Assembly: GCA_014190355.1 (NCBI GenBank)
Contig: BJGH01000001.1
Coordinates: 177,272-241,271 of the forward strand
Length of the DNA stretch: 64,000 nucleotides
From: Alphaproteobacteria bacterium
GTDB lineage: Bacteria > Pseudomonadota > Alphaproteobacteria > Rickettsiales > UBA1997
Direction: 5' to 3'
Below, piece after piece: positions 36,893-47,564 of the stretch. Position 1 is the first letter of the stretch; each line of letters begins with the position of its first letter. Below the pieces are notes generated by a model. That model was not told the DNA's origin, made no database searches, and worked only from the letters and a program-made list of their open reading frames with translations. Made by a program: the position numbers and the translations under genes.

Positions 36893-39622
36893 TTAACTGC
36901 CATGACAATTTTTATATTTTTTACCACTACCACAAGGGCAAGGCTCATTTCGTCCAACATCTCCCCAAGTTGATTGATCTAGAGGATTACGTAATTTAGG
37001 ATCAACTTTCTTTTTTTGCGAGATAAAATTACTAAGTTCTTTAACAGGCTTAGCTTCACTTTGCACAAAAGCTGGATCAACCCTAGTTTGAATTAAATTT
37101 TTACTAAGATTTTTTTTAGGAATTGCTACCTGTTTGCTTAAATCTTTTTTCTCTTCATTATCAGCTTCAACATTAATTTGCATATGAGCAAATCGAGCAA
37201 CAACCTGCTCTTCAATTCTCAAGGTCATCTCTTCAAAAAGATTGAAGGCATCTCTTTTATATTCAATTAATGGGTCTTTTTGAGCATAAGCTCTAAGATT
37301 GATTCCATAACGCAATTTATCCAATGATAGTAAATGATCCTTCCATTCCGAATCAATGGTAATCAAGAAAATCTGTTTTTGAATTTGTTTTAAAATCGCT
37401 AAATCACAAATTTTTTCTTTGCTGACAAAAAGCTCGTTAACTACTTGCTCAAGATAATTTAAAACTTCTTTTTGACCAATGCCATCTTGTTTAGCATATT
37501 CAACTAAATCAAGTTTTAAACCATAAATTCGATAAATTTCTTTGGCAAGCAAATCACTTTCCCATTGCTCTGGGTAAGTATTTTTTGGAATACAATCTTC
37601 AACCAAATCTTGATTAATTTGCTGGGCATAATTATGAATTTTTTCAGATACATCTTTAGAATTGATAATTTCTGATCTTAGCGAAAAAATATTTTTTCGT
37701 TGATGATTAACAATATCATCATATTTCAAAAGATTTTTACGAATTTCATAATTACGATTTTCAACTTTACGTTGAGCTCCTGCTAAGGTTTTGGTAATCC
37801 ATGGGTGAAATATTGCTTCATCATCTTTTAAACCAAAAGTTGACAATAATGATTGCAATTTTTCTGAACCAAAAATTCGCATCAAATCATCTTCAAGCGA
37901 TAAAAAGAATTTTGATTTTCCTGGATCGCCTTGTCGACCAGATCTTCCTCGTAACTGATTATCGATTCTTCTACTTTCATGTCTTTCCGTTCCTAAAACA
38001 AAAAGTCCTCCAGCTTCAATAGCAATTTTTTTATCAGCTTCAATTTTGTGATTTATTTCAACAATTTTTTGCGGATCGGTTTCATCACCAATTATTGCCT
38101 CAGGATTTCCCCCAAGCATAATATCAGTTCCTCTACCTGCCATGTTAGTAGCGATAGTTATCGCTCCAGGCATTCCTGCGAGAGCAATAATTTGTGCTTC
38201 TTGTTCGTGATATTTAGCATTTAAAACATTATGGGGAAGTTTATTTTCCTTTAACAATTTTGAAAGATATTCAGATTTTTCAATACTGATCGTTCCAAGA
38301 AGAATTGGTTGTTTTTTATCATGAGCTTCTTTAACTGCTCGAATAATTGCCTGATATTTTCCTTGCTCGTTTTTATATATCTCATCATCTTCATCAGTTC
38401 TTAAAATAACTCGATTGGCTGGAATTTCAACAACTCGAAGATTATAAATTTCTTCAAACTCTACCGCTTCATTCATTGCCGTTCCCGTCATTCCAGAAAG
38501 TTTACGATAAAGTCGAAAATAATTTTGAAAAGAAATTGAAGCTAAGGTTTGATTTTCATTACGGACTCTTAAACCTTCTTTAGCTTCAAGAGCTTGATGT
38601 AAGCCATCAGAAAATCTTCGACCTTCTTGCATTCTGCCAGTAAATTCATCAATGATAACAACCGATTGATCTTTGACAATATAATCAATTTCATTTTTAA
38701 AAATTTTATGAGCTTTTAAAGCTTGGTTAACATGATGAACAATAGCGATATGACTTGGATCATAAAGTGTTGAACCTTGTTCAATTAAACCATTATTTTG
38801 TAGTAATTTTTCAATTTTTTCTGTTCCTTGATCAGTTAAGAAAACTCCGCGATCTTTTTCTTCCAATTGAAAATCACCTACTGAAAGCTTTGGAATAATA
38901 TTATTAATTTGCTCATAAAGTTTTGAATTATCATTGGTTGGACCAGAAATAATCAGAGGAGTTCTGGCTTCATCAATTAAAATTGAGTCAACTTCATCGA
39001 CAATTGCAAAATTATGCTTTCTTTGCACCATATCCTCTATATCAAATTTCATATTATCGCGTAGATAATCAAACCCTAATTCATTATTGGTAGCATAAGT
39101 TATATCGCAATCATATTGTTTTTTTCTAAGCTCATCTTCTAAGTCGTTAGTAATACAACCTACGCTTAGCCCTAAAAATTGATGAACCTTACCCATCCAT
39201 TGAGCATCTCGATTAGCAAGATAATCGTTAACGGTAACAACGTGAACTCCTTTGCCAGTTAAAGCATTGAGATAACTTGGTAAAGTTGCAACTAGGGTTT
39301 TTCCTTCACCTGTTCGCATTTCAGCAATTTTTCCCTGATGCAAAACTATTCCACCAATCAATTGAACATCGAAATGACGCATATTTAATACTCTTTTTGA
39401 GGCTTCTCTAACCACTGCAAATGCTTCGCATAATAAATCATCAACTTGAGCATTTTGCGTAATTCGATTTTTAAACTCATGAGTTTTACCCCGCAATTCA
39501 GCATCGCTCAATAAAGCAATTTGCGCTTCAAGAGAATTAATCTTGGCAATATCTTGAGCAAGAGAACGAATGAATCTCTCATTAACTGATCCAAAAAATT
39601 TTTTTGCAATTGTTGATAACAT
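36893..39622 (-). CDS. secA: Preprotein translocase ATPase SecA
   Basis: 909 aa. Motifs MRTGEGKTLV, DEVDSILIDEARTPLIISG and TNMAGRGTDI are present, with the C-terminal zinc finger CPCGSGKKYKNCHG. Confidence 0.97.
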   Translation of the reverse strand: MLSTIAKKFFGSVNERFIRSLAQDIAKINSLEAQIALLSDAELRGKTHEFKNRITQNAQVDDLLCEAFAVVREASKRVLNMRHFDVQLIGGIVLHQGKIAEMRTGEGKTLVATLPSYLNALTGKGVHVVTVNDYLANRDAQWMGKVHQFLGLSVGCITNDLEDELRKKQYDCDITYATNNELGFDYLRDNMKFDIEDMVQRKHNFAIVDEVDSILIDEARTPLIISGPTNDNSKLYEQINNIIPKLSVGDFQLEEKDRGVFLTDQGTEKIEKLLQNNGLIEQGSTLYDPSHIAIVHHVNQALKAHKIFKNEIDYIVKDQSVVIIDEFTGRMQEGRRFSDGLHQALEAKEGLRVRNENQTLASISFQNYFRLYRKLSGMTGTAMNEAVEFEEIYNLRVVEIPANRVILRTDEDDEIYKNEQGKYQAIIRAVKEAHDKKQPILLGTISIEKSEYLSKLLKENKLPHNVLNAKYHEQEAQIIALAGMPGAITIATNMAGRGTDIMLGGNPEAIIGDETDPQKIVEINHKIEADKKIAIEAGGLFVLGTERHESRRIDNQLRGRSGRQGDPGKSKFFLSLEDDLMRIFGSEKLQSLLSTFGLKDDEAIFHPWITKTLAGAQRKVENRNYEIRKNLLKYDDIVNHQRKNIFSLRSEIINSKDVSEKIHNYAQQINQDLVEDCIPKNTYPEQWESDLLAKEIYRIYGLKLDLVEYAKQDGIGQKEVLNYLEQVVNELFVSKEKICDLAILKQIQKQIFLITIDSEWKDHLLSLDKLRYGINLRAYAQKDPLIEYKRDAFNLFEEMTLRIEEQVVARFAHMQINVEADNEEKKDLSKQVAIPKKNLSKNLIQTRVDPAFVQSEAKPVKELSNFISQKKKVDPKLRNPLDQSTWGDVGRNEPCPCGSGKKYKNCHGS

Positions 39623-39705
39623 TGAAATATATTTAAAATTGTTATTTAATATTTTTTTTAACTAAATATTTTTATCTTAACATTTATAATTGTTAATTAA
39701 TAATT

Positions 39706-40992
39706 TTAGTAAATTATTTTAATTTGCGCACCGCAATTTGTTAACTTCTCTGCGAGCCTTTCATAACCTCGCTCTAAGTGATATAATCGGTTGATGGTAG
39801 TTTGCCCTTCAGCTACTAAACCTGCCAAAACTAATGATACCGAAGCTCTTAAATCAGTAGCCATAACTTCTGCACCTTTTAATTTTTTAACACCTTTAAC
39901 TACCGCAACTTTTCCGTGAGATTCAATATTTGCTCCCATTCGCATCAACTCCAAAATATGCATGAAACGATTTTCAAAAATATTTTCTTCAATTGTTGCA
40001 ACACCATTTGCTACAGTCATTAAAGCCATAAATTGAGCTTGCATGTCAGTTGCAAATCCTGGAAAAGGATGAGTTGAAATATTAACTGATTCAATAAAAT
40101 CTTGAGTTCTTGATACCTCGATAACATCATCACTAATTTGCTTGAAAATAACACCTGCTTTTTCTAAATCTTCCTTAAAACCCGTCATAATCCAAGGCTC
40201 AAGATGATGCAATCTAACAAGACCTCCAGCAATTCCAACAGCAGTTGCATAAGTTCCAGCTTCAATACGATCAGCAATAACACGGTGAGTTGCCCCATGC
40301 AACTCATCAACTCCTTGAATATTAATTTGCGAAGTTCCTTCACCTTCAATTTTTGCACCCATTGCTTTTAAGCATTTGGCTAAATCAATAATTTCAGGCT
40401 CACATGCCGCATTAGTGATTAGCGTTTCACCCTTGGCTAAAGTTCCTGCCATCATAGCATTTTCAGTTGCTCCAACCGAAACTTTTTCGAAATGAATATG
40501 ATCACCTCGCAGTCTTTTATTAACCTTAGCTTCAACATAGCCATCGCTTAATTCAATTTTAGCTCCTAATTTTTCCATGGCTTTCAAATGCAAATCAACC
40601 GGACGAGTTCCAATTGCACAACCTCCAGGTAACGATACCCTAGCATGTCCAACCCTTGCTAACAAAGGTCCTAAGATAAAAATTGAGGCACGCATTTTTC
40701 TGACCAAATCATAAGTAGCGCATGGATTGGTAATTTTTTTTGCTCTAAAAACCATTGCCCTGCCTTCATTGCCAAAGTCTGGATTATCACCATCAAAACT
40801 TATTTCAATTCCCAAATCATTCAATAAATTGGCCATTGTTGCAATATCTGCAACATGGGGAACATTGGTTAAAGTTAATTTATCAGCAGTCAAGATTGAA
40901 GCAACCATTAGCGGTAAGGTAGCATTTTTTGCGCCACTAATTTTAATATCGCCATTAAGTTTGCATCCACCGGTTATAACTAATTTTTTCAT
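39706..40992 (-). CDS. murA: UDP-N-acetylglucosamine 1-carboxyvinyltransferase
   Basis: 428 aa. Motifs ISGAKNA.LP, the active-site loop LPGGCAIGTRPVDLH, and RLYHLERGYE are present. Confidence 0.95.
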   Translation of the reverse strand: MKKLVITGGCKLNGDIKISGAKNATLPLMVASILTADKLTLTNVPHVADIATMANLLNDLGIEISFDGDNPDFGNEGRAMVFRAKKITNPCATYDLVRKMRASIFILGPLLARVGHARVSLPGGCAIGTRPVDLHLKAMEKLGAKIELSDGYVEAKVNKRLRGDHIHFEKVSVGATENAMMAGTLAKGETLITNAACEPEIIDLAKCLKAMGAKIEGEGTSQINIQGVDELHGATHRVIADRIEAGTYATAVGIAGGLVRLHHLEPWIMTGFKEDLEKAGVIFKQISDDVIEVSRTQDFIESVNISTHPFPGFATDMQAQFMALMTVANGVATIEENIFENRFMHILELMRMGANIESHGKVAVVKGVKKLKGAEVMATDLRASVSLVLAGLVAEGQTTINRLYHLERGYERLAEKLTNCGAQIKIIY

Positions 40993-41345
40993 ATTATTTT
41001 AAGATTTTAAAATCATTTTATATTTCACTTAAAAGCAATATACTATCGCCATTTCAAACTTGCAATTTCTATTTAAATTGCTTTCGTATTAAAAGTAATT
41101 TTCTATACCAATAAAACTCATATCAAGTTAAATCTTAAGCAAAGTTTTTAAATTGTTAAATTATTAAATCTGGTAAGTTACTAAATTTTAAATTTAGGAT
41201 TTTTTAATTAAAAAATTAAGAATTTTTTTTGCAAAATTAGAGGTCTGACCTCTTTTTTTGAGTGCTTTTTTAAAACCCCAATTGATATTTATTAATTAAT
41301 AAATAAATTTAAAGTTTAAATTATTATAACTTATAACTTTTTCTT

Positions 41346-42149
41346 ATGCCAACAAAAACACTCCTTCAAATTGCATCATTCAATGGTAAAATTGAAGATG
41401 TGACAAATTTAATCAAGAATAATGTAGATGTTAATGAAAGCGACAATGTAAACTTGGAAACCCCAATTTTCTTGGCCTCGCAAAATGGTCATTTGGAAAT
41501 CGTTAAGAAGTTAATTTTGGCAAATGCAAATATTAATCTATCAAATAAATATAAATATGATCCGCTTATGGTAGCATCTTATTATGGGCATGAAGAAGTT
41601 GTTAAGGAGTTAATTAATTCTGGTGCTGATCCTAATAAAAAAAATATTTTTGGCCAATCGCCTTTATTTCTTGCTACTAAAAGGGGAAACTTAAAAATTG
41701 TCAGAGAATTAATTAAAGCTGGTGCTAATGTTAATGAAGAAAATAATGACAAAGAAAATCCTCTTTATGAAGCGATAAAAAGATTTAATGAAGAGGCTAG
41801 AAAGTTAACAATTTGCGACCAAGAAAAAAGCACATTAGATGTAATCGAATTAGAAAAAACACAATATTTAGAAATTGCTAAAACCCTAATTTCAGCGAAT
41901 GCTGATGTAAATCTTCCAAATAAATATGGAGAAACTCCGCTCCTGCTTGCAATGTTAAGTGGAAATGAAGAAATTATAAAAGCATTTGACCCGCATGAAG
42001 ATCCTGATAAATTAAATTTAGAGGAATTATATAAAGGATTACTAACCTTTGCTCCATTCCCTTCTCCATCTAACTCCCCCACCAACTCTCCTTCTCGAAC
42101 TCCATCTAATACTCGAACTCCATCCAATACTTCTCATGAAAAAAAATAA
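41346..42149 (+). CDS. Ankyrin-repeat protein with an S/P/T-rich C-terminal tail
   Basis: 267 aa with at least 5 ANK units (ETPIFLASQNGHLEIVKKLILANANIN; DPLMVASYYGHEEVVKELINSGADPN; QSPLFLATKRGNLKIVRELIKAGANVN; ETPLLLAMLSGNEEI). The tail is PFPSPSNSPTNSPSRTPSNTRTPSNTS. Confidence 0.85.
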   Translation: MPTKTLLQIASFNGKIEDVTNLIKNNVDVNESDNVNLETPIFLASQNGHLEIVKKLILANANINLSNKYKYDPLMVASYYGHEEVVKELINSGADPNKKNIFGQSPLFLATKRGNLKIVRELIKAGANVNEENNDKENPLYEAIKRFNEEARKLTICDQEKSTLDVIELEKTQYLEIAKTLISANADVNLPNKYGETPLLLAMLSGNEEIIKAFDPHEDPDKLNLEELYKGLLTFAPFPSPSNSPTNSPSRTPSNTRTPSNTSHEKK

Positions 42150-42463
42150 TATTTAATAATAAAATCTCATGAACAAATGATCAATTTTCTTGAAATTATT
42201 GAATTACCTTAGTTAGAATAATTAACTCAAAACCTTAAATTTTAATTTGTTTTTTTGTTAAGGAGTGTGACTTTTTTTTAAAAATTATTGGAAGCACTTA
42301 TCAGCTAAATATTTCTATTAAAATATAATTTTTTAAAAAATAAAACTTAACTGAAGATTGCCCAATAAGAAATGTTGATTTTAAGTTTTATATTTGAGGT
42401 TTTTTAATATCACTTTGATTTGAAAATAATTAACAAAACATGTAACAAAAAATTTAACTAAAA

Positions 42464-43933
42464 TTATTTTTCAAATTTTCTAACCAATTGATCAAGTAAT
42501 CTTAATCCAAAGCCAGTAGCACCTTTATGAGCCATAGCATCGCCCTTACCTTTCCAAGCAACACCAGCAATATCAAGGTGAGCCCATTTGGTTTCGCCAA
42601 CAAATCTCTTTAAGAATTGAGCTGCGGTAATACTTCCCGCTCCTCTGCCACTACCAACATTTTTCATATCAGCAATATCAGAATTGATCATCTCATCATA
42701 TTCTTCGCCAATTGGTAAACGCCATACCCAGTCACCCGTTTGTTTACCGCAATCAATTAAATCATTAGCCAATTTATCATCATTGCAAAATAACCCAGCA
42801 TAAACATCGGCAAGGCTGACAATTATTGCTCCCGTAAGCGTGGCAAGGTCAACGATAAATTGTGGTTGATATTTTGTATTGGTGTAATGCAAAGCATCAG
42901 CTAAAACTAATCTTCCTTCAGCATCAGTGTTAATAACTTCAATAGTTTGTCCTGACATTGACTTAACAACATCACCAGGGCGTTGAGCAGTTCCAGATGG
43001 CATGTTTTCAACTAAACCAACTACACCCACAACATTGATTTTGGCTTTGCGATGAGCAAGATGACGCATCAATCCAACCACCACTGCTGAGCCAGCCATG
43101 TCTGTTTTCATATCTTCCATATTGTTAGAAGGCTTGATAGAAATTCCCCCAGTATCAAATGTAACACCTTTTCCAACAAAAGCTAAAGGTTTTTGATCCT
43201 TCTTGCCACCATTGTGACGCATGATAACTAATTGTGATTTTTTATCACTACCTTGACCAACCCCAAGCAAAGCATTCATCCCTAATTTTTTCATTTGCTC
43301 AACACTTAAAACCTCTACCTCTAAACCATCTTTTTTTAAACTCTTGCAAATTTCAGCATAGCTTTCAGGATTTAAAACATTGGCTGGTTCAGATACCAAA
43401 TCTCTGACAAAGAAAATATTTTGGGCTAAAATTTGCAACTCATTAAATTGCTTTTGATTTGATTTTTCATCAGTTACTACAAAATTAATTTCGTTAATTT
43501 TGATTTCTTTATCTTTCTTTTTGTCAACAAAATATTTGTTAAAACGATAACCCTGCAAAATCATACCAAAAGCCATTTGTGAAGCATTTTGACTATGATT
43601 TTTTTCAGTAAAATTTATTTGGGCATTGCGATATTTTAAGCCATTAATCATTGTTAAAATTCTTGCACCAAGTTTTTGAAAAGCTGATTCATCAAGCTTT
43701 TTTTCCACTCCAAGTCCAACATATAAAGTATTTTCAAAAAATTGTATCTGTGAAAATTTTGCCTGAAAATCAAAATCTTTTTCAAGAGTTTTTAGATTTT
43801 TATCGCTAGTTTTTTTTAGAAATTCGCTAGTCAACAATTCAACATTAACAAAAATACTGTTTTTAGAATTAATATTTTTATTGCTTTTAGACTCTTTGGC
43901 TGTAGCATTTAACTTTATAAAATTTATCTTCAT
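42464..43933 (-). CDS. pepA: Leucyl aminopeptidase (M17)
   Basis: 489 aa. Motifs VGKGVTFDTGGISIKP, NTDAEGRLVLADAL and DLATLTGA are present. Confidence 0.92.
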   Translation of the reverse strand: MKINFIKLNATAKESKSNKNINSKNSIFVNVELLTSEFLKKTSDKNLKTLEKDFDFQAKFSQIQFFENTLYVGLGVEKKLDESAFQKLGARILTMINGLKYRNAQINFTEKNHSQNASQMAFGMILQGYRFNKYFVDKKKDKEIKINEINFVVTDEKSNQKQFNELQILAQNIFFVRDLVSEPANVLNPESYAEICKSLKKDGLEVEVLSVEQMKKLGMNALLGVGQGSDKKSQLVIMRHNGGKKDQKPLAFVGKGVTFDTGGISIKPSNNMEDMKTDMAGSAVVVGLMRHLAHRKAKINVVGVVGLVENMPSGTAQRPGDVVKSMSGQTIEVINTDAEGRLVLADALHYTNTKYQPQFIVDLATLTGAIIVSLADVYAGLFCNDDKLANDLIDCGKQTGDWVWRLPIGEEYDEMINSDIADMKNVGSGRGAGSITAAQFLKRFVGETKWAHLDIAGVAWKGKGDAMAHKGATGFGLRLLDQLVRKFEK

Positions 43934-44031
43934 ATTTAATATAATTTAATTTTTTTTAAAAAGATTTTTTTAATAAATAAATAAATTAATAATGATTTTT
44001 ATTTTATGCTAGTTAAATCTGAATTTTTTTT

Positions 44032-44799
44032 ATGGAAAATTTTTTTAGCCTTTTTTCAAAGCAATCTTATTTATTGATTAGTCTATTTAGTCTGGGTTTT
44101 TTTGGGAGTTTTTCGCATTGTGTTGGCATGTGTGGACCATTTGTTATTGCTCAAACATCTAGCAATTTAGCTAAAATTAAACTGGCTGATTACAATTTTA
44201 TGCAAAGATTAAAAAATTCCGCACTACTACCCTATCATTTAGGACGAATTACAACTTATAGCTTGATAGCACTGATTAGTAAATTTATTACCAAATCATT
44301 TGATGAAACCAGATTTTTTGAAATCTTAAGTTCGATATTTTTAATAATTGCCAGTCTTTTTTTTCTAAAAATTTTTTTAGAAGATTTTAATAAATCCCAA
44401 AAATTAAATTTTTTAAAAACTTTTTCCGCAAAGTTTTTTAAAAATAAATCAACAAATAAAATATTGTTTAAAATCTTTAACAATATTAAATTATCAAAAT
44501 TTATTAACTTTCTATTTAAAAATCCGCGAGGTTGGCGAGGTTTTTTACTTGGCATTATTTTGGGATTTTTGCCATGCGGTTTAATTTATGGAGCAGTTTT
44601 AATAAGTTTAAACTTCACAAACCCAATAAGTAGTGCTTTAGCAATGTTATGCTTTGGCTTAAGCACAATTCCAGCCTTATTTTTTACTGGATTTTTTATG
44701 AGCTTTATTTTAAAATTTGCCATATTAAAATATCTAGCTAAATTAATAATTTTTTTAAACATTTTAATGCTTTTAATTCTTGCGTTTAAACAAATTTAA
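44032..44799 (+). CDS. Polytopic membrane protein of the DsbD_2/TauE-like type with an HCxxMCGP motif
   Basis: 255 aa with ~6 TM segments. The first TM carries [12 protein letters not shown] and a later one [10 protein letters not shown]. The gene ends 17 nt before ccoN. The family name is from memory. Confidence 0.6.
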   Translation: MENFFSLFSKQSYLLISLFSLGFFGSFSHCVGMCGPFVIAQTSSNLAKIKLADYNFMQRLKNSALLPYHLGRITTYSLIALISKFITKSFDETRFFEILSSIFLIIASLFFLKIFLEDFNKSQKLNFLKTFSAKFFKNKSTNKILFKIFNNIKLSKFINFLFKNPRGWRGFLLGIILGFLPCGLIYGAVLISLNFTNPISSALAMLCFGLSTIPALFFTGFFMSFILKFAILKYLAKLIIFLNILMLLILAFKQI

Positions 44800-44816
44800 A
44801 TATAACAAATTTTAAC

Positions 44817-46265
44817 ATGACTATAGCTATTTCAAAAAATTCTTATAACTCAGCTAAAGCTTCAAGCACTCAATCAATTTTCAATTACGATATTGTTAAA
44901 CTCTTCACAGTTGCTTCAGTATTCTGGGGAATAGTTGGTTTCTTAGCAGGGGTTTTAATTGCTTCACAACTGGCATTTCCAGCTTTGAATCTTAACAATG
45001 AATTTACCAGTTTTGGCAGACTTCGACCTCTTCATACCTCAGCGGTAATTTTCGCCTTTGGAGGAAATGTCTTGTTTGCAACGAGTTTGTTTGTTGTTCA
45101 ACGAACCTCTCAAACCAAATTATGGGGAAGTGATAATTTGCATCGCTTCATTTTCTTTGGGTATCAATTATTTATAATTTTAGCAGCCTATGGTTATGTA
45201 ACTGGCGTTACTCAAGCCAAGGAATATGCTGAACCTGAGTGGTATGCTGATTTATTGTTATTAATAGTTTGGGTATGTTATTTTTTTGTTTTTATTTTAA
45301 CTTTAAAAAATCGTCGTGAACCTCATATCTACGTTGCTAATTGGTTTTACTTAGCATTTATTGTTACCGTGGCAATTCTTCACATTATCAATAATTTATC
45401 AATTCCACTTAGAATTGACAGCTCAACAAGCTATCCAATTTTTGGGGGAGTGCAAAGCGCAATGATTCAGTGGTGGTATGGTCATAATGCCGTAGGTTTC
45501 TTCTTAACAGCTGGATTTATTGGTATCATGTATTATTTCGTTCCCAAACGAGCTCAACGCCCAGTTTATTCTTACCGCTTATCGATTCTGCATTTTTGGT
45601 CATTAATTTTTATTTACATCTGGGCAGGTCCTCATCACCTTCATTACACCTCTCTTCCTGATTGGGTTCAAACATTGGGAATGACATTCTCAATAATGCT
45701 TTGGATGCCATCTTGGGGAGGAATGATTAACGGCATTATGACTTTATCAGGAGCTTGGGATAAACTTCGCACCGATCCAGTTTTACGTTTTTTAATTACT
45801 GCAGTTGCCTTTTATGGTATGAGTACTTTTGAAGGTCCGCTGATGTCAATTAAAACCGTTAATGCTTTATCACATTATACCGATTGGACTATTGGTCATG
45901 TTCACTCTGGAGCTCTTGGTTGGGTTGCTTTAATTAGCTTTGGAGCGTTATATCACTTAGTGCCAATTCTCTGGAATCGCAAAGAATTATATTCAATGAA
46001 ATTAGTTAGCACTCATTTCTGGTTAGCGACAATTGGTATTGTGCTTTACACAGTTGCTATGTGGATTTCAGGAATCATGCAAGGCTTGATGTGGCGATCT
46101 TATGATGAAATGGGTTTTTTAAGTTATTCATTTATTGAAATTGTCAAAGCTTCGCATCCACTATACGTAACTCGTGCACTAGGAGGATTATTTTTCCTTG
46201 CTGGAGCGTGCGTTATGGCTTATAACTTTTATAAAACAATTTCTAGTGATAAAATTAGAGATTAA
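44817..46265 (+). CDS. ccoN: cbb3-type cytochrome c oxidase subunit I
   Basis: 482 aa and polytopic. Motifs [38 protein letters not shown] and [12 protein letters not shown] are present. Confidence 0.95.
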   Translation: MTIAISKNSYNSAKASSTQSIFNYDIVKLFTVASVFWGIVGFLAGVLIASQLAFPALNLNNEFTSFGRLRPLHTSAVIFAFGGNVLFATSLFVVQRTSQTKLWGSDNLHRFIFFGYQLFIILAAYGYVTGVTQAKEYAEPEWYADLLLLIVWVCYFFVFILTLKNRREPHIYVANWFYLAFIVTVAILHIINNLSIPLRIDSSTSYPIFGGVQSAMIQWWYGHNAVGFFLTAGFIGIMYYFVPKRAQRPVYSYRLSILHFWSLIFIYIWAGPHHLHYTSLPDWVQTLGMTFSIMLWMPSWGGMINGIMTLSGAWDKLRTDPVLRFLITAVAFYGMSTFEGPLMSIKTVNALSHYTDWTIGHVHSGALGWVALISFGALYHLVPILWNRKELYSMKLVSTHFWLATIGIVLYTVAMWISGIMQGLMWRSYDEMGFLSYSFIEIVKASHPLYVTRALGGLFFLAGACVMAYNFYKTISSDKIRD

Positions 46266-46290
46266 CAAATTTAGTTAAATTATTTTTAAT

Positions 46291-47340
46291 ATGCTTCATC
46301 ATCATGATAAAATTGAACGCAATTCAATTCTTCTTTTAATTCTAACAGTTATCGTTATTTCAATTGGAGGAATTGTCGAAATTGTTCCTCTTTTTCGTCT
46401 TGAAACCACCATTGAAAAAGTTGAAGGAATGCGTCCCTATACACCTCTTGAGTTAGCTGGAGCGAAAATTTATAAACGTGAAGGTTGCTATGGCTGTCAC
46501 TCCCAACAGGTTCGTGTATTGCGTGATGAAGTTGAGCGATATGGTCATTACTCAATCGCTGCCGAAAGTATGTATGATTATCCATTCCAATGGGGTTCAA
46601 AAAGGACTGGTCCAGATTTGGCTAGACTTGGTGGCAAATATTCCGATGAATGGCATACTCGCCATCTAATCAATCCTCGTGATGTTGTTCCTGAATCAAT
46701 TATGCCTGGTTACAAATTTTTAATTAGTCGCGATGCTCAGCTCAACACAATTGGTGATGATATGATGGTTTTACGAAGACTAGGTGTTCCTTATGACGAC
46801 TTAATGATTCAAAATGCTGTATCCGATGCAGTAGTCCAAGCTTCAACAGATCGTGATAGCGATGGCCTCTTAAAGCGTTATGGCAAAAAAGTTGCAATTC
46901 GTGATTTCGATGGCAATCCTCAAAAAGTTTCAGAAATGGATGCACTAGTTTCATATTTGCAAGTTCTTGGAACACTTGTTGATTTTAGTAATTTTGAGCC
47001 AATAGGTTATCAAAAAAAATCTACTCAAGAAAAATTAACTGAACAAAAAAATCTAAACCAAGCTCAGTCTAATCAGTCAAACAAAGCTAATGAATTAAAT
47101 TCTAAGTCAACTGATAACAAGGCAATCATTAACAAAAACCCTGATGATAAAGGTCTAACAAACTCTGAAAATAAGGATTTAAAAAAAATTAATTCAGTAG
47201 ATCCTGATAAAAAAAATAATAACAATCTATCTGATAAAAAAAATGACAAAGATAATAAAAATCTAAATCCAAATTCAGAAAATAAAAATTCTAAAGATCA
47301 AAAATTTAATGGTCAAAAATCACAATTAATTAAAAACTAA
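46291..47340 (+). CDS. ccoO: cbb3-type cytochrome c oxidase subunit II (monohaem) with a long low-complexity C-terminal extension
   Basis: It has an N-terminal TM, the haem site CYGCHS, and [24 protein letters not shown]. The conserved part ends near aa 237. The remaining ~110 aa are K/N/D/S-rich. Confidence 0.9.
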   Translation: MLHHHDKIERNSILLLILTVIVISIGGIVEIVPLFRLETTIEKVEGMRPYTPLELAGAKIYKREGCYGCHSQQVRVLRDEVERYGHYSIAAESMYDYPFQWGSKRTGPDLARLGGKYSDEWHTRHLINPRDVVPESIMPGYKFLISRDAQLNTIGDDMMVLRRLGVPYDDLMIQNAVSDAVVQASTDRDSDGLLKRYGKKVAIRDFDGNPQKVSEMDALVSYLQVLGTLVDFSNFEPIGYQKKSTQEKLTEQKNLNQAQSNQSNKANELNSKSTDNKAIINKNPDDKGLTNSENKDLKKINSVDPDKKNNNNLSDKKNDKDNKNLNPNSENKNSKDQKFNGQKSQLIKN

Positions 47341-47346
47341 CACGAC

Positions 47347-47508
47347 ATGATTGAATCAATTATCAAATATGCTCCAACCATTGCAACAATTATGTTCTTT
47401 ACGATATTTTGCATAATTTTATTTACTGTTTTGCGTAAAGAAAATAAAAAAAAATTTGATAAATATTCAAGAATTCCATTAGATGATGAAAAAATTAAAT
47501 CTAAATAA
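47347..47508 (+). CDS. ccoQ: cbb3-type cytochrome c oxidase subunit IV (CcoQ-like small membrane protein)
   Basis: Not in the ORF track because it is only 53 aa: MIESIIKYAPTIATIMFFTIFCIILFTVLRKENKKKFDKYSRIPLDDEKIKSK. It has a single TM followed by a basic tail and sits exactly between ccoO and ccoP, where ccoQ lies. Confidence 0.6.
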   Translation: MIESIIKYAPTIATIMFFTIFCIILFTVLRKENKKKFDKYSRIPLDDEKIKSK

Positions 47509-47564
47509 AATTAAAAAAAATACAAAATTTAAAAATTACTAAATAAACCAAATATTTATTTAAA

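Noticed and set aside
41239-41259. Terminator-like hairpin AGAGGT-CTG-ACCTCT followed by T7 on the + strand, between divergent murA and the ankyrin gene
   Set aside because: The stem is only 6 bp, and there is no upstream + strand gene or recognisable sRNA for it to terminate. It could be an attenuator of the ankyrin gene, but the sequence does not support that.
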